From NCBI GenBank assembly GCA_951406725.2, contig OX597830.1, forward strand, positions 74,648,001-74,712,000: DNA of 64,000 nucleotides, in the 5' to 3' direction. This document shows, one piece after another, positions 30,141 through 46,819 of this stretch (the stretch's first letter is position 1; each line of letters starts with the position of its first letter). The position numbers were made by a program, and so were the translations under genes. The notes below the pieces were generated by a model, which had not been told where the DNA came from, did not search any database, and worked only from the letters and a program-made list of their open reading frames with translations. The stretch comes from Octopus vulgaris. Lineage: Eukaryota.

Positions 30141-31072
30141 AAAAAAAAAAAAAGAGAAAAAAGAATATATACGATGTTCGAAAGCTGCTCATAAGGACTT
30201 GCCGAAAGTACCAGGCCGTGGAACTGAACCTGGAACCATGTATTTAGGAAGAAAATATTTAACCGCACATATAAAAAAAAAATTTTATTGCGATGTTTGG
30301 TTTCATTAGTTACGTCTCACTCGAAGGGATTTTACCTGTATTTCGCGCTAATAAATCGAAATACTGACGACTTCCACGTTGGTTTGTTGCTATTTGCTGC
30401 TATCATCATTGCTACCATGGTTATAGACCGCGATAATAATGTTTCTATGTGTTGCGAACTTTCGAATTCTTTGTGAGAGTTACGAAAACATCCGTAACAC
30501 TGCTTAGAACAGCTAATATGTTTTACGTTAGTGAATGAACATCACAAATTCTCATATCTGTTAGCTTACCTTAAGCCACACACAACATAGCAGTTTCACA
30601 ATGTTACCTGGTCTCTCACACTCTCTCTATCTATCTCTAAATATATACATAGTGTGTGTGCGCGCGCGATGCCTGTGTTTGATTCAAATGGCCCGAGAAA
30701 GTTTTGAATATATTTTTATATATATATATATTGGCCTGCTCGCTTACCAAGCGGGGTGGCGTCATTTGAAGGCTAAAACAACGCAAAGCGCATTGTGACA
30801 AGCAATGTGTAGGAACATCTGATAGCCTGGTCGGTCACGGTGATCACGGTGATATATATAAATATATATATATATATAGATATATGTATATATATATATG
30901 TGTGTGTGTGTATGCATGTATATATATAAATATATAGGTATATGTATATACATGCATATATATATATTATATACAGATATTTATATGTATGTATATAGAT
31001 ATATCTATATATTACATGTGTGTGTATGCATGTATGTATATATATATATATGTATATACATATATATATAAA

Positions 31073-31113
<41 letters not shown>

Positions 31114-31172
31114 GTGCACATGTGTGCATATGCAGCTTGGGATATTTATGCTGCTCTGATCTTACCAACATA

Positions 31173-31221
<49 letters not shown>

Positions 31222-31339
31222 CAGAGAAAGAGAGAGAGAGAGATAGAACAGAACGAGGTACGAACAAGACATGTGTCTATGAGTGGTTCTGAAGGTGTTT
31301 TATAAACAACTTCACCCTACGGCGAGATGTTTCTTGTTG

Positions 31340-31920
31340 TCTAAACAAACTAAGAAGAACGCGAAGAATACGAAGAATAACCAGGAAGAAAGAGTGGGAG
31401 AGAGAGAGAGAACGAGAAAAAGGATAAGCGAATGAAAGAGGTGGGAGAGAAAGATAGACAGACAGAGAGAAATTAAGTTAAGTATGAGGGAAAGTTCGTA
31501 TGTGCGTGTGTTTGTACAAGCGAAGAAATCTCTGTCTATACATCTGAGTATATAAATGTGTGTATATATACATATATATATATACATACGCAAACACCCA
31601 CACGCACACATACATGAAACAGAGAGGGAGAGAGAGTGAGAGAGACAGAGGAGAGACAGACGGAAGAAATAGAGAAAGTGTGGGAAACGAAAAGACTAAA
31701 AGTCTGGCAGGGAGTGAGAGAAGGAGAGAGCAAGAGTGAGAGAGAGAGAGAGAGGGAGAGAGAGCGGTAAAGAAAGTAAAATAAAGCAGGAAATGAGGTA
31801 GAAATAAAGAAAGAAAGCAAGGCAGCAGAGAAAGAGAGAGACAGAGAAAGACAGAGAGAGAGAGAGAGAGTAAGAAAGGGTGAGAAAGTGGTTTGTATAA
31901 TGTAATTAAGAAGGAGAAAT
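31340..31920 (+). repeat. Purine-rich GA/GAGA tract upstream of the candidate promoter
   Basis: Mostly A/G on the + strand with many GAGAG motifs, interrupted by a short TA/CA stretch. Confidence 0.8.
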
Positions 31921-31954
31921 AAGTTTGCTTTTTATATTTTTCGTTTGTGAAAAC

Positions 31955-32095
31955 TCTGCTGATTGGCTGCAAGCGTTGGTCACGTGCGTCAGTGCCTAGC
32001 CTAAGCTACATAGCTTGCGGCTGACTACTAAAACACACAAAATATAGAGAGCACACACACATAGTTAAAACGCTGTGAAACCGGGGGCGGTTGAC
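31955..32095 (+). promoter_or_regulatory. Candidate Hox promoter: reverse CCAAT box, USF-type E-box, Inr-like TCAGT, GC box
   Basis: CTGATTGGCT 31959-31968, GGTCACGTG 31978-31986, TCAGT 31989-31993 and GGGGCGG 32084-32090, all in a short non-repetitive CpG-containing island about 1.35 kb upstream of the ATG. Confidence 0.6.
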
Positions 32096-32165
32096 ACTCC
32101 AGTCATGGTCGGATAAGACGCCTAAGACGTTAAAGAATCCGGCAACGGTGATCTGTATATATATA

Positions 32166-32227
<62 letters not shown>

Positions 32228-33334
32228 CATATATAAATATATTTATACACATACATATACATGCATACAAATATACATATATAAATATACCCGATGTGTA
32301 TGTAAATATATATACATTGTCACCATCATCATCATCAACAACAACACCAGTATTATTTATGCAACCACACACAACCTCCCGCAGTAGATTATAACATCAG
32401 TGCAAATACCTACACTCACATATATACGCATACGTATATATATCCATATATATACATAAGCATTATATATATATCTATATATGTATACAAACACTTAAGG
32501 TTATACATACAAAAATATTTATTTAGCATTGTCCAGATAGACGCCACACTCTGCCCCATCCCCCCACGAAATCTACACCCCTATTATATATATATATTTA
32601 TATACATACACTGCATACATAGTACACATACACACACATATATATATGCATATGTGTGCATATATATATGCACGTACGTATCCACGCATTGAAATATATA
32701 TAAACACATTTGCATATAATACGGGAGAGTATAAGTAACAATCACGAAAACAAAATATATATACTTTAGGAAAAACAAGCAGAAAAAAAATACAAATATG
32801 TATACATACACGTATTTACATATGCACACATGCACGTGTATTACTTACACATATATGTAAAAGCACAAACGTAGCAAGAAAAAAAAAAAACATATATATA
32901 TATATACATTGAGATCATACACTACACATTTATATATATTGTAACCGTTCCATAAATGCAGTCACCACACAAGACGTCCATAGCAAAAAAAAACGGTCAC
33001 AAGAATATAACATAACAAATACCATATAACAACCACAGCTAAGCACATGTAAAACCGTACCCTCCAAACTGCAAAAATAATCTTAAAAATCGTCCACGAA
33101 AACAACAACGACAACGCCATCAAGGAGAAAAGCGTTATGTAATATATATATATCATATATGTATATATATAACATATATAAAAATATATATGTATATATA
33201 TAAATATATATGTATATATATATAATATTTAATACAATATAAGTTATAGATATTAAGAGATTTGAGTCTCTTATTTAAAAAAAAATTTATATATATATAT
33301 ACAATAATAATAATAATAATTCAAAGCTTTTGGC

Positions 33335-33932
33335 ATGAGTTCGTACTACAATAGTAACATCTTACCAAGTAGTGGGCCGACTGGAACCCCCCCAGGAGAA
33401 TTTTTTTACTCAACGACTCCTCCGGAGGGCAAGATGGAACCTGGCCCACCCGCTTTTCAAACTTCGGTTGCAGCGGCCGTATCGTCGGCTGGACATCATC
33501 AAGCACAACAACAACAGCAACCTCCACAACATCACCATCACATCTCCGCATATGAAAATCACGAATCTGCGGCAGCATTTCCGCTCTCCAGTTATTCAAG
33601 GTTCCCACCTTATCACGACATGACCACAAAGGCAAACGCTTACTGTTTCAATGGACCGGGTTACCAAATGTCGTCTTATCAGAACCATTACACAAACGGA
33701 GGAGCCCAAATATACGACGACGGGAGTTTGAACCACTGTAAAGCCGTGGTCAATGTTGCTGATAACTGTGGGGTCGGTGGGCCGCCACCGGGCTCGACGC
33801 TCCAACCACCACAGCTCAGCCCTTCAGCTCCCGGTAACCCAGTAAGCTATGGAACTTCAAACGCAGGACTTGTAAACGGTATGAATCAACAATCAATGCC
33901 TGTATACCCATGGATGAGACCAGTCAATGGAG
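33335..33932 (+). CDS. Lox5: Exon 1 (N-terminal 199 codons plus 1 nt) of a central-class Hox transcription factor; Lox5 favoured, Antp alternative; homeobox exon not in window
   Basis: The only complex non-repetitive ORF. MSSYY start resembles the Hox SSYF motif; YSRFPPY (33593-33613) resembles Antp YPRFPPY; Q/H tract; PVYPWMR hexapeptide (YPWM 33905-33916). A consensus donor G|GTAAGT follows at 33932/33933, the typical Hox intron position. YPWMRPVNG(E/D) fits my recollection of the Lox5 linker better than Antp YPWMRSQ. Hox call is high confidence, paralog call moderate. Confidence 0.88.
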
Positions 33933-34273
33933 GTAAGTAAACAGAATGCAACAAAACAAAACTAAACAAAAAATATACAAAACAAAATATTATCTGAGTA
34001 AGTACACAAAAAAATATTAGAAATAATATATGTATATATAAATCATTAAAAAGATATGATGAAGGGCTGAAGAGGCTGTGAGGTTTGTTTACATATATCT
34101 TGGAGGGGTACCTTTGTCAGAATTGGTAAAACATATTTTTACACACCTGCATTACGTATGAAGTATAACATATCAATCAATGTACCCTTTAAAAACCCGA
34201 CACAATTTACATAAACCTGTATATATATATGTCATATTTCTAAATATATTTTCGCTTTAAATATATATATGTA

Positions 34274-34376
<103 letters not shown>

Positions 34377-34547
34377 TTAAATATATATATATGTATGTTT
34401 AAATATATATATATGTATGTATAAATATATATATATATATATATATGTCTATATATATATATATATTTGTATATGTATGTATATGCGTATACATATCCAC
34501 ATACATGTATGAATATACGTATATATATATATCCGTATTTATGTATG

Positions 34548-34578
<31 letters not shown>

Positions 34579-34943
34579 TATATACTACTATATATTTTAT
34601 GAAATTTCAGGAAGAGTATGTTACTTATAACAGGAATGCATGCGTGTCTCTACTTCAAAATATTAAATATTAAATAAACAAGGAATTAGATTGTGTGTAC
34701 ATGTTGTGTTTGTACTTGCGTATCTTTACCGATGTGTAAGTATGCATGGAGATATGAGTGCAGGTATGTATGCGTGCACATATCAGATTATTGCTGCATG
34801 TATGTATATTTTGCAAGTATGTACAGAATTCACGGTGTTTTTTTGTGTGTGCGCGGGTACGTTTGTATGTATACGCGAGCGTGCACACAAATACACGTTG
34901 ATGAAAAGATAAAATATACATAAAAGGGACAAATTGATGCTTA

Positions 34944-35001
<58 letters not shown>

Positions 35002-35010
35002 CACGTACAT

Positions 35011-35084
35011 GTATACTTCCGGAGTATTTTGTACGTTTGTGCTTGTATACAAGCACAAACGTACAAAATACCCCGAAAGTATAC
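35011..35084. repeat. 74-bp palindrome (48-bp perfect core)
   Basis: 35024-35071 is an exact inverted repeat with no spacer (GTATTTTGTACGTTTGTGCTTGTA|TACAAGCACAAACGTACAAAATAC). It extends to 35011-35084 with two mismatches. Confidence 0.95.
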
Positions 35085-35264
35085 ACGAATACACACAGAC
35101 ACACACACGCAAACACACACACACATATATATATTTGTACACATACACAAGTAATATGTATGTGTTTGTATAAATATATTTATATATGAATTTATGTTTA
35201 TTTAAATATGAATATCAAAACCATAAATACGTTTTTATATTTGCAAATATATATATATACATAC

Positions 35265-35327
<63 letters not shown>

Positions 35328-35437
35328 AATGTATATATATATGTGTGTGTATATTTATATATATATGTATATATATATGTGTGTATATATTTATATATAT
35401 ATATGTGTATATATATGTGTGTGTATATATTTATGTA

Positions 35438-35490
<53 letters not shown>

Positions 35491-35996
35491 GTATATAGAT
35501 ACACATATACATATATTCATATATAGTTATACAGACATATAAACACACATATATATAAACACATATCTATCTATCTCTCTCTCTATATATATATATATGA
35601 ACATACACATAGATCTATACATGCAAGCATATGTGTAGATGTTGATGAGTATATGAATTATTCATATACATTTACTTAAAAATATATATTTACATTAGCA
35701 CATATACGTTTGTAGGTGTGCGTGAGTGGAGTGTGTGTGTAAATGTGTGAGCATCTGGGAGTATGTACAGGTTCTATATATTGCGATCGTATTGAAAAAG
35801 TTTAACCAGTATATAGATATGCTGATAGATGAATAGATATATAGATAGATAGAATGATAGAAATATAGATATACGGAAAGATAGTCAAAAATTCAAGTCT
35901 AGCTCTACTAACACTATGTATATATATATCCGCATATATACCTACACATACATACACACGTACACACGTACATATAAATGTGTGTGTGTGTGTGTG

Positions 35997-36027
<31 letters not shown>

Positions 36028-36163
36028 AAGTGCATGTTTGTGTGTGAGTATGCAGGTGCGCGCGCGCATGTAACTCAAAGATATTTTGTTGCCATACGTG
36101 AAGCGTCAATATATAACTAGATATATATACATTAATGCATAAAACAAGAATCACCTGCATATA

Positions 36164-36208
<45 letters not shown>

Positions 36209-36223
36209 GTATAGATATATATA

Positions 36224-36266
<43 letters not shown>

Positions 36267-36530
36267 AAATATACATATATATATGTATATTCATATATAT
36301 ACTTACAAGTATATATGTATATATATATATATATAGATATATACATATATATATATGCATATATATATCCATATATATATGCATATATATATCCATATAT
36401 ATATGCATATATATATCCATATATATATATATGCATACATATATATATATGCATACATATATATATACACACACATGCATGCATAAATATATATACATAT
36501 ATATATATACACATACATGCATACATATAA

Positions 36531-36596
<66 letters not shown>

Positions 36597-36876
36597 CCAA
36601 CGACTACAATACAACATTTCCGATGGTCCGGATCATACTAACGTATAGTACCTGTATTTTAAGTAATTGCTTCAGTAAAATTATTATTTGATTCATTTAT
36701 GCCGTGCTCACGATGGTGAACACTGTCGGTTAGGAGCAGACTGCAGCAGATATATATATATACTTATACATTGCACCTATATATACATGTGTGTGTGTGA
36801 ATGGGCATACATGTTTATATGAATATTGTTGAGCCGGTATGGAAGAGACATACACAAACAAGAACTGAGAGAGACA

Positions 36877-36912
<36 letters not shown>

Positions 36913-37076
36913 CAGTGATGTGTTCGAGGAAATGTGGCGTGTTTGTGTCTGTGTGTTTGACGATACGACGCGCAACATAGGGCATCGAGACGTAGTGATC
37001 GATGAAATGGAGAAAGTTGAAGTGAGTATCGAAGTTAAGAGACGGGCTGACATTGAAAGGCACAGATCCTTGTAGG

Positions 37077-37091
37077 TGACAGATGATTTAC
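37077..37091 (+). promoter_or_regulatory. Candidate Meis/Hth + Pbx/Exd-Hox composite binding site in intron 1
   Basis: TGACAG (37077-37082), one base, then TGATTTAC (37084-37091), inside a unique CpG-rich island (about 36910-37110). Confidence 0.45.
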
Positions 37092-37249
37092 CAAAACACC
37101 CAAATACATTATATGTAAAAATTTGGCACACACACTCGGAAAAGTATATATATGTATATACATACATATTTACACACACACACACGCATATATATATATA
37201 TATATACACACACACGTATGCATATATTCTATATCTGTATATATTATTC

Positions 37250-37332
<83 letters not shown>

Positions 37333-37350
37333 TATGTGTATACGAACAAA

Positions 37351-37448
<98 letters not shown>

Positions 37449-37557
37449 TATCAATTTATATGCGTGTGTGTTTGCAAATTCATCTGTGTATAAATTGCTA
37501 CATCAATGCATACATTTTTATATATGTATATATAATATACTTACATCTATACACACA

Positions 37558-37592
<35 letters not shown>

Positions 37593-37640
37593 ACATATAT
37601 ATATAATTACACACACACATATACACAAATACACACACAC

Positions 37641-37685
<45 letters not shown>

Positions 37686-38007
37686 GTATTTTAGTATACA
37701 TAAACATACATACAAATAAATATACACACACGTATGCCCAAACGCATTATCGTTTGAAATGTATCTATTATTATAACATGAACAGTACTTCATGTGTGAA
37801 AAGATTTTTAAAGAACTCAAAGGAATTGACCAAAAACAACAAAAAAAAAAAGGAATGAAAAAAGCAAAGAAAAATCACAAAGAAAAATCATATCTACACC
37901 TGAGTAAATATATCTGATGTTATCTGGAACATGAATCAATAATCATATATATATATATATATATACATATGAGATATGTGTGTGTGAGTGTGTATTTGTA
38001 TATGCTC

Positions 38008-38136
<129 letters not shown>

Positions 38137-38269
38137 TTATATATATATATTTAGCTATACAAATTTACATATATATACTAGCACACAGAGAATCAGAAAT
38201 ACATATACACACACATACATACCTACATATATATATAAAACCATATACCTCTTCATCTCTATATACTTG

Positions 38270-38316
<47 letters not shown>

Positions 38317-38790
38317 ATGTGTTTGTGTGTGTGTGTGTCTATAAGTATGTAGAGAGAAAAAGAAATATGCATATGGATATACACATATTCACAAATATAC
38401 ATATATATATATAGAACTTAGTACTTATATATATTTGTATAGAGAGAGATAAAACAGACATATGTACATGCATTGTATGCATGTATGTATGTACATGAAT
38501 ACATCTATATATATACATGCATATATAAAACACTGCGTTATTATATGTCAACGATATAACATTTACCTGTGTTTTTATGTGTGTATGGTTATATATGTTT
38601 GTGTGTGCGTGAGTCTCCGTGTATAAATACATATATATATATTTATCTATGTATACGCGTGTACGTACAGTGCAATATGGATGCATGTCGATATATTGTA
38701 ATATATCGATGTATATATATATATATATTTGAGAGATTTAGAAATTTAATATTTCTGATATATATATATATATATATTTACATATACATA

Positions 38791-38825
<35 letters not shown>

Positions 38826-38827
38826 AC

Positions 38828-38938
<111 letters not shown>

Positions 38939-39147
38939 GTATATTTGTAATTATGTCTTTGTGTTTCTGTATGTGTACGTGTGTATGTGTATATTATACG
39001 CATTTATGTATCTCTCCCTATATATATATGTATGTATGTGTTTATAGATATACTGAATCACACACACACACACACACACGCACATATATATATATGAAAT
39101 ATATAAGAAAAGAATTTGCATACATATATGTGTACATATTTACGTGC

Positions 39148-39211
<64 letters not shown>

Positions 39212-39833
39212 TTGTGTTCGTGTGTTTGCTTTTGTATGTATCTGAGCATGTATATATTATACATATACATGTATATATATGCATATATGTATATATAAAT
39301 AGATATATGTAGGTTGTATATATATATAAATAGATATATATATATAAATATATATATATATAATATATATATATATATATAAATATATATATAATATATA
39401 TATGAATGTATATATATATATGTATATGTATTACACACATATGCACATATGCTTACATACACACGCAGATACATAGACGCATATATCTGTAAAATGTTTC
39501 TCTCTACATATATATATATATATATTTGTGTGTGTGCGTTGTGCATCTGTGCGTGTTAACTCATGTATGTCCGTATATAATACATATCTACATACATACA
39601 TACATGAACACACGCACACAGATGCTCATATACTAGCACAGAAACATGTTCACATCTACGCACACCACCCAACTACACATACGCAAACTTCTTATTACTC
39701 ATACGCAAGTTGTCGTCACGGCTGGCTGCTATCCATACAGACACATAAATAAAAAGATAGTCATTATTCCTATACATGTTTCTGTTCAATTTCACCGAGA
39801 GAATGCATTCTGTTATACCTTATTGCATTATAT

Positions 39834-39889
<56 letters not shown>

Positions 39890-40130
39890 CAGTCTTTGTT
39901 TATATTTCTCTCCGATGCGTGCACAGTATGGATATTTTTAAGTGTTTCGTCTCCATGCTAGAAACACCAACAGAAGTTGCCTTAAATTCTGAACTTTCAA
40001 TCAATGAAAGGCATGACAACAAAGAAAAAAATTAATTGAATTATCTAGTTCTATGACTAACTGTTTTTCGTCCCTAATACATGCATGCCTACATATATAT
40101 CAATATGTATATGTATTTATATATAAATAT

Positions 40131-40168
<38 letters not shown>

Positions 40169-40262
40169 GGATAGATAGATAAGATAGATAAATATAGATA
40201 TATATTATATATATATAAATATACATATATATGTAGATATCTATATCTATCTATCTATCTAC

Positions 40263-40306
<44 letters not shown>

Positions 40307-40313
40307 ATATCTA

Positions 40314-40348
<35 letters not shown>

Positions 40349-40416
40349 GCACACAAACACAAACAGCGATATATACATCTATACGTATATATGTAGGTAT
40401 GCACATACACACACAT

Positions 40417-40447
<31 letters not shown>

Positions 40448-41139
40448 GATATATATGTATATATATATATATGTATGTATATATGCACACACAAGCACAC
40501 ATACTTAATACATATACACACATATATATGTATGTGTATGTTTTTGTGTATATATGCATATATATATATATCTCTGTGTATTTGTAGGTATATTTATAAG
40601 TATATATATAATATGTATTTCAAAAATTGAACAATATCACATAAGTGTGTGCATGTGTGTGTTGATGCATTTAAATGCATATTTATGCATATGTGCATAT
40701 ATGCATATATTATATGGATACACACAGACACACGCACACACATTTACATATGCAAATATAACTATTTGTGTACAACTGCGCCTACAAATATATAATAACA
40801 CGCATGTGTGATACTTTTTCAATCGGGAAGATACATGTGTGTGTGTGATATGTTTGTTTTTGCTTCTGTTTATTTAAGTACGTGTTCTCTTGAGTGTGGT
40901 GTTCGCGTGTGCGTGTGTGTTTTTGGCTGTGTGTGTGTGTGTATGTGTAAACATATGTGTTACACATCTGTGTGTTCGTTTCATTCTGGCCCTTTATTTA
41001 CGTATATTTACACAGTTTTTCTTTGCGAGCAAAATTACATATATGGGTGTTCCTTTAGCTAATTTTGGAAATTCCTTCTTTTCCGCGTTAATTTTTCAAT
41101 TTGTCTCCTAAAACCACTGATTTCTCTCAAATTTCATAT

Positions 41140-43395
<2,256 letters not shown>

Positions 43396-44282
43396 AGGAC
43401 AGTTCTTCTCTAATTTTTCTCTCTTTCCCTTTGGGATTTACCTTCAATTCAAAGGCCCAACGGCGTCGCATATCGTTCACGCTGATTCAGCACGAAAACT
43501 ACGTTAAGAGTACACGTGTCTGTCTTAATATTCAACCAGCGGCGTCTGAACTTTACAATAGCCCCACCCTCCGAGTTAAACATGGATCTAAAGCTTTCTG
43601 CATATATTTACATAAAAAAAAACCTCAACGTAAACAGAGTGACGCTGGGCTCCATACACTCACAAGGCCCACCTAGGTAAACTGCTAAGTGGGCTTAGGA
43701 CGGCGCTATATTCAGCTGTCCACATTTTATTTACACGAGTTCGAATCCTGTTAGTCGAACAAATTAGTACTCACTGTCGAGACGGAGGGAAAATCCATCA
43801 ACTCGAAGAGTGTAATCTTATACCAATTTTAATTCAAATATTTTTATTACTAACAGCAGTTGCAGTATTTATTTATTTTTTTATAGCCATACTCTAATAA
43901 TTCTTAAATAATATTGCTGCTAAATTCCGAACTGGATCACACGAAGACGGAACGAAACAGTCTTATAAAATTTAGTCCTGGCACACCGTTTCTTGCTTAT
44001 TTCACAACACACCACCGGTGTATCAGAAAGTAAATATATAAATAAATAACTCTGCTGTCTATAAATACAAACAGCAGCGAAAGCTCCATAAAAATCTCAT
44101 CTTACAGTTGTACAGCAACAACGGTCACCACCAGTAATACCATCAACACCTCTACAACCACCGGAAATAAACATATGATCTTGGCTAAATCCACTTGCTC
44201 CCCACTCTCTCTCTCCCTCTCACTACCTCTCTCTTTCTCTATCAATCTATCTATCTGTCTATTTATCTACCTGTCTATCTAT

Positions 44283-44359
<77 letters not shown>

Positions 44360-44361
44360 GC

Positions 44362-44424
<63 letters not shown>

Positions 44425-44522
44425 GTCTGTCTGTCTGTCTGTTTGTCTATCTATCTATTTCGTCCCTCACTATTTCATTCCCACCCTTCTCTTCTCTCTC
44501 TCACTCTTTATCTCACATGCCT

Positions 44523-44568
<46 letters not shown>

Positions 44569-44703
44569 AGCTATTATAAAGCAGAATTCGCAGTGATGTT
44601 CGAGGCCCAGTCCTGTCAATCTCCATCAAGCAGATATCATAGTCTTAGGCATTCCACCAGTGACCATCCAGCTTATATATATAAGTGTGTATGTGTGTGT
44701 ATG

Positions 44704-44754
<51 letters not shown>

Positions 44755-45319
44755 ATAATATATATATATGTGTGTGTGTGTATGTGAGTGCGTGTGTTTA
44801 TGTATGTATGAATGTATGTGTATATATGTAATCATGTAATGCATTAGACTACGTATACAAAGACGGCAGGGAGCGACTTGATGGGAAACAAATATCAGCC
44901 TAAGACGTCTAAAGAAAGTCTCACTCTACAGCAACGTACTGTAGTAGTAATAGTTGATATATTTATCGTTGCTAAGCAGCCATTTAACTTCGATGGAGAA
45001 GACAAATAATCGAGGACGTTCCAGCCGTGGCTATTACTCCTCTTTTTTATTCTTTCTGAAAACAGGATATCTAGCATTAAAATGACCGAATATGACCCGC
45101 CTCGTGTTTCGTTATAAAAAGTCTGTTAAGCATGGAGATTTGCGAAAGAATTCGCTTACATTTTTCCTAACGTCGTTCCCAATTTGTCCTATGATTAAAT
45201 ACGCTCCATACGTGACAATCCAGTAGGGCTATTGTTAAATTTTCAGATAATGTATGTAGAACTACTATTATCCCATAACTAATTCTTTTGTGTATATATG
45301 TGTGTGACTATGTATATGA

Positions 45320-45405
<86 letters not shown>

Positions 45406-45525
45406 ATATCTACCTATCTATATATTTATCTCTCTCTCTCTAAGTTTATATATATATATATATATACATGTATAGAGGGAGAGAGAGTGAGAGAGATTTA
45501 ATATAGTTTATATATGTATATGTAT

Positions 45526-45581
<56 letters not shown>

Positions 45582-46261
45582 GTATATTTATATATACATA
45601 TATATACGTGTGTGCGCACATGTGTCTGTCTGAGTACACATAAGTAAGTATGTATGCATGTATGTTGAAGACGATATGGTGTGTGACTGGCGGAAGAGTT
45701 TGGTTAATATTTCAAACATGTAGTTCTACTTAGTAGAGGTAGTGTTGCTGCTGTTGTTGTTATTGTTTAATCTTCATCTGATCTGATTAAGACTGAGAGG
45801 ATCTACGATAACCAGAACTCGAGCTTTAGCCATCTCAATTTTTTTAAAACCCGCCTGCACAGGACACGGGTGTATCTAGGAACTTCTTATATATGAAGTA
45901 CTACCTTCTTTCAGACGAATCAGTTGGGATGGATTTTAGGAAGATTAACCCAACATTTTCAGTAGCTTTATTAATCGTATGTTAGTTGAAAGAATGACTT
46001 AGTTAAAAAAAATGCTTTCCACAAACCGAATCATCACTTTATGTTCGCACCGACTTAACTAGTTGTTTCTTGTACAGAAGGAGACCATGTGTTTTTCTAT
46101 CATACCTTTCGCTGGTTGTAATTGTAAGTAGTTATGATAGGTAGTTGTTCCATGTAAGGTAGACGCAAATGCTATATTCTCACGTGTTATTTATATGGCA
46201 TCGTGACAGGTTTTAAATCCTTGGCAGTCGAAAGGAGATAGTGGCGTGTTTATATAGTTAG

Positions 46262-46299
<38 letters not shown>

Positions 46300-46302
<3 letters not shown>

Positions 46303-46434
46303 GGTATGTAGAAAAATACAACATGGACAAGAACGTATAACTCTTAGAAGACGATACAATAAACACGGACAGGATATTCGAAACCCTCAGTCTTCAGTCA
46401 AGAACCGGATCATCGTAGTAATTTCGGCTGATTA

Positions 46435-46437
<3 letters not shown>
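46300..46437 (-). mobile_element. Possible Penelope-like terminal remnant
   Basis: Short unique block between (TA)n tracts; the minus strand has CTGAAGA...CGAAT..GTC, a degenerate hammerhead-like order. Confidence 0.25.
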
Positions 46438-46509
<72 letters not shown>

Positions 46510-46773
46510 TGTTTGTGTGTATGTATATATATACACACGCACACGCATATATAAACACGCCACTAACACTCAAATAAAAATTACATACAGAAAATGGTAT
46601 AGCATGTGTACACATACACACAACACACACACATATATAAATTCATATAATATATAGTTTATATTACATATATGATTTATAAAATATAGTTTGTATGTAT
46701 ATGTATATATAGATAAATATATATTTATATATATATATGTATATATATATACACATACATGTATGTATATATA

Positions 46774-46819
<46 letters not shown>

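Noticed and set aside
32110-32130. Two AGACG DPE-like motifs
   Set aside because: Not at +28 from any good Inr, so a DPE is unsupported.
33933-33940. ORF end GK* as the true stop
   Set aside because: It overlaps a consensus splice donor at the canonical Hox intron position.
43700-43760. GTTCGAATCC B box suggesting a tRNA
   Set aside because: No cloverleaf could be built; more likely a decayed SINE head.
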